A DNA stretch of 56,558 nucleotides from a virus. The stretch lies in the IMG/VR virus record IMGVR_UViG_3300045988_053446, positions 1 through 56,558 of that record. One strand, 5' to 3'. The notes under the pieces are model-generated. The model was not told the origin of the DNA. It saw only the letters and a list, made by a program, of their open reading frames with translations, and did no database searches. Within the stretch, counting starts at the first letter, position 1. The number at the start of each line of letters is the position of its first letter. Positions 51,376 to 56,558 of this stretch are shown here, in pieces. A program made the translations under genes and the position numbers.

Positions 51376-51603
51376 GTGAGTAAAGCATACAGATGTGATG
51401 TTTGTGGCAAATTTTGTAGTGATTGTTATGAAATAAATGGTTTTGATATTTACCCTGATGATTACGCAAAAAGAGGCTATTCAAATGTTGATAAAAAGAC
51501 AGTGATAAATGAAATATGCGACGATTGCTATAACGATATTAAGAACTACATTCACGATAAGGTATTTGAAATAGCCAAAAAGCGTGTAAAAAAATTCTAT
51601 TAA
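51376..51603 (+). CDS. zinc-ribbon-like hypothetical protein (GTG start)
   Basis: CDVCGK...CDDC pattern. Confidence 0.45.
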   Translation: MSKAYRCDVCGKFCSDCYEINGFDIYPDDYAKRGYSNVDKKTVINEICDDCYNDIKNYIHDKVFEIAKKRVKKFY

Positions 51604-51670
51604 CTAAAAATCTAAGAAAGGAATAGGTTGTGCGCACATAAAACCGAGGTTTCCTTTTGGTAGATTTAGA

Positions 51671-52392
51671 ATGAAAGTACATTGTTTATTTGAACAGTCA
51701 GGCATATTCAAGAATGCTTTCAAAAAGTATGGAATTGAAGCATATGACTATGACATTCAGAATGAATTTGGCGAAACAGACTATGTTATCGACCTTTTTA
51801 AAGAGATTGAAGGGGGGGGTATCAAGGCGAGCTGAGTTTATTCGATAGGATAAGTCCTGATGATTTGGTATTTGCGTTTTTTCCTTGCACTTATTTTTCA
51901 GACCAAAGCCATAGACACTTATGCTGCACAGCTTATCAATACAGGAATTACACTATTGAGCAAAAATGCGAGGTGTCAATAAAAAGGCATAGACAGTTAA
52001 GTCTATTTTATGAGATACTTAATAAATTTGTTATTGTCTGTCAGAGAAAACATCAAAGGTTAATTATAGAAAATCCATTAAGCACTAGCGGAATGCATTA
52101 TTTAACACATTTTTGGTGCGTAAAACCCAATGTTATTGACAAAGACAGGACATTGAACGGAGATTACTACAAAAAGCCTACACAGTATTGGTTTATTGGT
52201 TTACAACCTAAGAATAATCTTATTTTTGAACCATTAGAAGCAGTTGAGGTTATGAAGCAAAGATATGTTACAAGCAATAATCCGTTGGGAGTAGACAGAA
52301 AAACAGCAAGGTCAATGATACACCCACAATACGCAGATAGATTTATTAAACAATATATTCTTGATGAAGAAATATGGAGAGGTAAACAATGA
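51671..52392 (+). pseudogene. cytosine-5 DNA methyltransferase-like gene frameshifted at a G8 tract
   Basis: N-terminal frame gives MKVHCLFEQSG...EIEGGGIKAS*. The downstream frame gives ...YQGELSLFDRISPDDLVFAFFPCTYFS...IIENP... G9 or G6 would fuse the frames. Confidence 0.65.
51812..51819 (+). repeat. G8 homopolymer (candidate slipped-strand phase-variation tract)
   Basis: Read directly from the sequence. Lies at the frame junction of the methyltransferase-like gene. Confidence 0.85.
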
Positions 52393-52580
52393 AAGACGAA
52401 ACAAAGCAGGAAATACAGATTTTACTTGACCTACTCAAAGGCAGTCTTACAAGGAATGGTGTAAGTATGGCAACAGATAGAGAGGGTAACTTGATGTTCT
52501 TTGATACAGCCACTTACAACAGGAGCAAGGGTAAGGAGTTTGACGGATTTAGGGTTAATATTAACGATTTAGTAAAGTAA
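52389..52580 (+). CDS. hypothetical protein
   Basis: ATGA overlap with the upstream gene. Confidence 0.5.
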   Translation: MKDETKQEIQILLDLLKGSLTRNGVSMATDREGNLMFFDTATYNRSKGKEFDGFRVNINDLVK

Positions 52581-52608
52581 CAATGCGACAGAACTTGAAG
52601 AGGTAATT

Positions 52609-53367
52609 ATGGCAGGCAATTTTATTAAAATTGACAGAAAGATTTTAAAGTGGGAATGGTGGAGCGATATTAATACATTCAGACTTTTTATGTATATGTT
52701 GATAAACGCCTATTGGAAAGACGGAAATTATAAAGGCAAGATAATTGAAAGAGGGTCTTTCCCCTCTTCAATATCTGAATTATCAAAAGAAACTAATTTG
52801 TCTGTAATGGAAATTCGTACCTCGCTAAAACACTTACAATTAACAGGCGAAATAACAAGCAAAGCAACAAACAAATTCACGATATTTACTGTGGTTAACT
52901 ACAATTTGTATCAAACGGATAACAAGCAAGACAACAAACAAATAACAAGCAACTTAACAAACAATCAACAAACAGATAACATTCTATTAACAAACTCTAT
53001 ATTAAAAGAAAGTAAGAATGAAAGAACGGAAGAAATTAAAAAAGACAAGAATATAGAAAAAGATATTGATAAATCAATATCCAAAAAGAAAAGTTATTAT
53101 CCCGATGATGAATTACTTGATGAAGCATTTAATGAATATCTAACAATGCGTAAGAAAATTAAGAAGCCTATATGCACCGACAAGGCATTACATAGGGCTA
53201 TGAATGCTCTCGAAAAGCTATCGGGTGGAGATAATGATTTGGCTATTAAAATTCTTAATCAGTCAGTAGACCATTGCTGGCAAGGGCTGTTTGAGCTTAA
53301 AGAAGATAATTCGAATAAGCAGGGCAAGAAAAATGTATTTGATGAATGGATGGAGGCGATGAAATGA
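52609..53367 (+). CDS. phage replisome organizer / DnaD-like replication protein
   Basis: N-terminal FIKIDRKILKWEWWSDINTFRLFMYML... pattern. DnaD-like C-terminus. Confidence 0.6.
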   Translation: MAGNFIKIDRKILKWEWWSDINTFRLFMYMLINAYWKDGNYKGKIIERGSFPSSISELSKETNLSVMEIRTSLKHLQLTGEITSKATNKFTIFTVVNYNLYQTDNKQDNKQITSNLTNNQQTDNILLTNSILKESKNERTEEIKKDKNIEKDIDKSISKKKSYYPDDELLDEAFNEYLTMRKKIKKPICTDKALHRAMNALEKLSGGDNDLAIKILNQSVDHCWQGLFELKEDNSNKQGKKNVFDEWMEAMK

Positions 53368-54026
53368 CAGAAGAACAGGTTGGAAAACTTCTAATGACGA
53401 TACAGGCTTATTATCCTAACTACAATCCACCAGATAAGAAGATTACTCTTAATGCTTGGTATATAATGCTTGCTGAATATTCAGAAGAATTAGTTTTGCA
53501 GGCGTTAAGAGCTTGTATTGCAACTAATGCTAGCGGATTTGCACCAGATGTAGGGCAGATAATGAGCAAGATACAGACTATATCACAGCCGCAGGAACTT
53601 GACGGAATGACAGCTTGGGGATTGGTTAGTAAGGCGTTAAGGAATGGCACATATGGAGCAGTTGAAGAATTTAACAAGCTACCGCCGTTAGTCAGACAGG
53701 CGGTTGGTATTCCTGACAACCTTAAAAACTGGGCGACATCAGACTATCAGACGATAGAAACAGTTATACAATCAAATTTTCTAAGAACCTATGAAGTAGT
53801 TGTTAAGCGTGCGAATGAAATAAATCGTATGCCAGACAATATCAAATCACTCATCGAGAAAACGAATGTAAATTCGCACAAGGCTCAAATCGAGCAAAAA
53901 TTCCAAAGAGGTATAAATACACTACCAACTAAAGAAAATGCCCTTATTGGTCAGAATATAAACACAGAGAACTATATTGAAGCACCTCAAGATATACAAG
54001 ATAGAATTAACAGAATGCGAGGTTGA
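53364..54026 (+). CDS. helicase-loader-like protein (G39P-type N-terminus)
   Basis: MTEEQVGKLLMTIQAYYPNYNP... ATGA overlap with the upstream gene. Confidence 0.45.
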   Translation: MTEEQVGKLLMTIQAYYPNYNPPDKKITLNAWYIMLAEYSEELVLQALRACIATNASGFAPDVGQIMSKIQTISQPQELDGMTAWGLVSKALRNGTYGAVEEFNKLPPLVRQAVGIPDNLKNWATSDYQTIETVIQSNFLRTYEVVVKRANEINRMPDNIKSLIEKTNVNSHKAQIEQKFQRGINTLPTKENALIGQNINTENYIEAPQDIQDRINRMRG

Positions 54027-54032
54027 TTTTTA

Positions 54033-54701
54033 GTGGAAATAACGCCAATTAGTCCACAAATGAGAATGTACTATAAGCGGAAAGAGGCAGGATTATGCGT
54101 TGAATGTGGGAAGCCTCTTGATGGAGAAAAACTTAAATGCAGAGATTGCAGAGAAAGAATTAATGCAAACAAAAAAGAACTTGCACACTGGTATCAAGAT
54201 AATGGCATATGCCCTGAATGTCGGCAAAATAACCTTATGGGAGATGAAAGGGTTTGCCCTGAATGTTCTGCAAAAAGATATTCTCAGAGGATTGCTAGAT
54301 ATAATGCTAATCCCGAAGAGTTCAAGGCGAGAGATAGGCTTGAACAGAAAAAAATCAGAACAAGACGAGCTGAAAAAGGAGTGTGTGTTAAATGTGGTAA
54401 AGTTGAGGCAGATGCTGGGTATAAAACTTGTACAAAATGTCGTATTAAAGCAAGGAACGCAAAGCGCAATAAGCGGAAAGATTGTAAGGCTGAGCTAAAA
54501 AGAGAATGGGTTGCTAATGGCAGATGCTGGTTATGCGGTGAACCTGTTTTTAATCACACTAAGTTATGTGAAATACATTACAATAAATCCCTTGAATATG
54601 TCAGAAAAAGTGTAGAAGTGAGGCATAAAAATGAGCAAGCTAGAGCAAAGAAGATTTCAAGAACAAATGATGAGAGTTCAAATGAACAACAGGAAAATTA
54701 A
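54033..54701 (+). CDS. basic protein with multiple CxxC zinc-finger-like pairs
   Basis: At least six CxxC pairs in the translation. Start is uncertain (GTG at 54033). Confidence 0.45.
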   Translation: MEITPISPQMRMYYKRKEAGLCVECGKPLDGEKLKCRDCRERINANKKELAHWYQDNGICPECRQNNLMGDERVCPECSAKRYSQRIARYNANPEEFKARDRLEQKKIRTRRAEKGVCVKCGKVEADAGYKTCTKCRIKARNAKRNKRKDCKAELKREWVANGRCWLCGEPVFNHTKLCEIHYNKSLEYVRKSVEVRHKNEQARAKKISRTNDESSNEQQEN

Positions 54702-54906
54702 AGAACAGAAGCAGATGTTCAACAGTGCAATGATAATAATTTGCTGGGTATTGCACGACAAATTCGGATTTGGAAGCAAAAGGCTTGAAAGGTTGATTGA
54801 TGAGGTTAATGAGCTTAATGATAATTTCAATGCTGGATTAATAGAGCCTAATGAGCTTATTGAACAGTTAAAAGAAGAAACAGGAATTGAATTTAAGGAG
54901 GGTTAA
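54631..54906 (+). CDS. hypothetical protein
   Basis: ORF track. GAGG RBS. Overlaps the upstream gene by 71 nt. Confidence 0.45.
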   Translation: MSKLEQRRFQEQMMRVQMNNRKIKEQKQMFNSAMIIICWVLHDKFGFGSKRLERLIDEVNELNDNFNAGLIEPNELIEQLKEETGIEFKEG

Positions 54907-54907
54907 T

Positions 54908-54991
54908 ATGGTGGGTTTTGCTACAGGCGTGGTTATAGGTTCGATAATAGGATTTGTAATTTGTGCATTATTAACAGCTAATAGTAGATAG
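54908..54991 (+). CDS. 27-aa TM peptide
   Basis: Strong AAGGAGGG RBS. MVGFATGVVIGSIIGFVICALLTANSR. Confidence 0.4.
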   Translation: MVGFATGVVIGSIIGFVICALLTANSR

Positions 54992-55006
54992 AAAGGGTGC
55001 GGCTTT

Positions 55007-55204
55007 ATGAAATTTTCGGATTTTACAAAGCCAGAGCTTGAAAGAATAATTGAAAATGCCAATTTTACCGAGGAAGAAGTGAGAATATTTAAACTTCTTT
55101 CTCGGAATTTTACACAAAAGGAGATTGCTTACAGACTTTCAATGTCGGTTAGGACACTTGAAAGACGTGTAAAAAGCATTAAAAGTAAAATTGAAAGGGT
55201 GTGA
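55007..55204 (+). CDS. sigma-70 region-4/LuxR-type HTH small regulator
   Basis: ...EEEVRIFKLLSRNFTQKEIAYRLSMSVRTLERRVKSIKSKI. Confidence 0.55.
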   Translation: MKFSDFTKPELERIIENANFTEEEVRIFKLLSRNFTQKEIAYRLSMSVRTLERRVKSIKSKIERV

Positions 55205-55210
55205 AGATGA

Positions 55211-56452
55211 GTGGAGTTAACTGACAGAGAACTATTGAACTATGTACTTGAAAATGGTATCATTTCCCGTGACGATGTTCAAAAGAAGATAGAAATGAAC
55301 GAAAGAAACAAATTTCTTAAGGCACACGCCAATGAAGTATGGCAAGGAAAAGACAATAAATGGTATACATATCTGCCGGACGCTAAAAGCGGTAGAAAGC
55401 TACTTAAAAGGTCGACACTGGATTCTCTTAATGATGGGATAGTTGAATATTACAAGAAATTAGAGAATGAACCACTGATTAAGGCTGTTTTTCAAGAATG
55501 GATTGACTGTAAACTTGATTATCACGAAATCAAGAAACAGTCTTATGACAAGTATGCTAATAATTTTAATAGATTTTTTAACAGCGAAGTTTATCCAATG
55601 GCAGATAAGAAGATTAGGTATATCACAGAAGATGAATTAGAACGATTTATCAAGACAATCATTGCTGAATGTAGCCTCTCGCAGAAAGCATATTCTGATA
55701 TGCGTATTCTTGTCAATGGCATTTTTAAGTATGCCAAGAAGAAAGGCTATACAAATATCAGTATCACACAGTTTATGGGAGATTTGGATTTATCAAGGCG
55801 AGCATTTACTAAGACAGCTAAAAGGAAAGAAGACCAGATTTATTACGAAGATGAAATTTCTGCAATTACAGAATACTTATGGCAGAGGTATGATATTCGT
55901 AGTTTAGGGTTACTGTTAGCATTTGAAACAGGTGTAAGAATAGGTGAGTTATCAGCTTTAAAATTTTCAGACGTTCATACAGTAGATTTAAAAGACGGAG
56001 TTAATAAGCACTATATTTCCATAGAACGTACAGAAATTAAGATTAGGGATGAAGATAGCAGATGGATAACGCCTGTTAGTGATTATCCAAAATCTGATGC
56101 GGGCATAAGAAATATAATCATTACAGATAAGGCTATGAAAACTATTAAAGCTATTAAACATCTTAATCCTTTTAGCGAATATATGTTCACCGAAAGAGGG
56201 GAGCGTATTAAGAGCAGGGCTTTTGATAAAAAACTGCAAAGGGTGTGCAAAGCATTGGAAATTAATTATAGGTCGGCACACAAAATCCGCCGTACCTACG
56301 GAACTACACTGTGTGATAATAATGTTAATGATTCTATTATTTGTGAAATGATGGGTCACGCAGATATTGAAACAACACGTAAATATTATTATTACAGCAA
56401 TAAGAATGATAAAACCAAAGTGGAACAGGTTGCAAAAGCAATCAGTTTTTAG
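55211..56452 (+). CDS. int: tyrosine site-specific integrase
   Basis: C-terminal catalytic pattern ...GVRIGELSAL...HKIRRTYGTTL...GHADIETTRKYY. GTG start. Confidence 0.9.
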   Translation: MELTDRELLNYVLENGIISRDDVQKKIEMNERNKFLKAHANEVWQGKDNKWYTYLPDAKSGRKLLKRSTLDSLNDGIVEYYKKLENEPLIKAVFQEWIDCKLDYHEIKKQSYDKYANNFNRFFNSEVYPMADKKIRYITEDELERFIKTIIAECSLSQKAYSDMRILVNGIFKYAKKKGYTNISITQFMGDLDLSRRAFTKTAKRKEDQIYYEDEISAITEYLWQRYDIRSLGLLLAFETGVRIGELSALKFSDVHTVDLKDGVNKHYISIERTEIKIRDEDSRWITPVSDYPKSDAGIRNIIITDKAMKTIKAIKHLNPFSEYMFTERGERIKSRAFDKKLQRVCKALEINYRSAHKIRRTYGTTLCDNNVNDSIICEMMGHADIETTRKYYYYSNKNDKTKVEQVAKAISF

Positions 56453-56467
56453 CAAAATGATTACAAA

Positions 56468-56483
56468 GTAATCAAAGTAATCA
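56468..56483 (+). promoter_or_regulatory. two direct GTAATCA repeats (56468..56474, 56477..56483); candidate integrase arm-type sites (P arm)
   Basis: AAAGTAATC tandem repeat between the int stop and the core. Same orientation as the copies at 151..169. Confidence 0.4.
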
Positions 56484-56503
56484 TAGGAGAATGGCGTAAA
56501 GCA

Positions 56504-56558
56504 AGAAAATAAGCGGAATACAGGGGTTGTCAACGAAGTTCGATTCTCTCCACCCCTG
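56504..56558. repeat. second copy of the 55-nt terminal direct repeat
   Basis: Identical to 1..55. Lies 52 nt downstream of the integrase stop codon. Confidence 0.9.

Larger units (their letters stand above)
1..56558. mobile_element. complete temperate siphovirus-like phage genome (integrase, CI/Cro switch, packaging, head, tail, lysis, recombination and replication modules)
   Basis: Full set of phage modules plus terminal identity closing the circle. Confidence 0.85.

Noticed and set aside
1-56558. Genome-wide stop-codon recoding, considered because of the UUA-anticodon tRNA-like gene
   Set aside because: All large genes (terL, portal, 1530-aa tape measure, 1324-aa fibre) are uninterrupted in the standard code, and UAA terminates many RBS-supported genes.
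1-56558. CRISPR array, reverse transcriptase (retron or DGR) or transposase
   Set aside because: No regularly spaced repeat array was seen. No ORF has RT (YxDD) or transposase-like motifs. The only recombinase recognised is the tyrosine integrase.

Overview
**Overview.** The window is one complete, AT-rich temperate siphovirus-type phage or prophage genome. Its gene content (YopX, DUF1653-like, RecT, Bro-N antirepressors, GH25 lysin) points to a Firmicutes/Clostridia-like host. The first 55 nt equal the last 55 nt, so the sequence closes into a circle of about 56,503 unique bp. The junction sits beside a tyrosine integrase and looks like attP.

**Gene order.**
- 296..3746: cargo cluster of low-complexity proteins.
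- 3750..6570: small autonomous-looking module. It has a minus-strand 3-gene operon, its own HTH switch and a relic tRNA 3' end.
- 6840..15333: terS-like gene, MazG, two tRNA genes flanking a hairpin-dense non-coding stretch, a GIY-YIG gene, a frameshifted HNH gene, small Cys-rich ORFs and terL.
- 15348..28290: sigma-like gene, portal, scaffold, capsid, connector genes, holin-like pair, tail tube, chaperones with a -1 frameshift, and tape measure.
- 28291..31675: promoter- and terminator-bounded island inside the tail module.
- 31676..38432: tail tip and fibre genes and a GH25 endolysin.
- 38772..39484: CI/Cro switch with GTAACTT-N3-AAGTTAC operators.
- 39920..54991: antirepressor, recombination genes, two SSBs, two methyltransferases and replication genes.
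- 55007..56452: small sigma-r4-like regulator and the integrase.

**Most interesting signals, all unverified by any search.**
1. Two hammerhead-like (type II topology) RNA motifs bracket a 51-aa ORF. Both keep a compensatory loop-tail pseudoknot.
2. A 27-bp perfect inverted repeat, each copy carrying TGATACAAT, encloses a 45-aa hydrophobic ORF between cro and ant.
3. A tRNA-Gln, a 423-nt structured RNA candidate and a tRNA-like gene with a UUA anticodon lie in a row.
4. A G8 tract frameshifts a C5-methyltransferase-like gene, and two other enzyme genes carry 2-nt frameshifts.

Product calls rest on motif recognition by eye, gene order and RBS inspection only.
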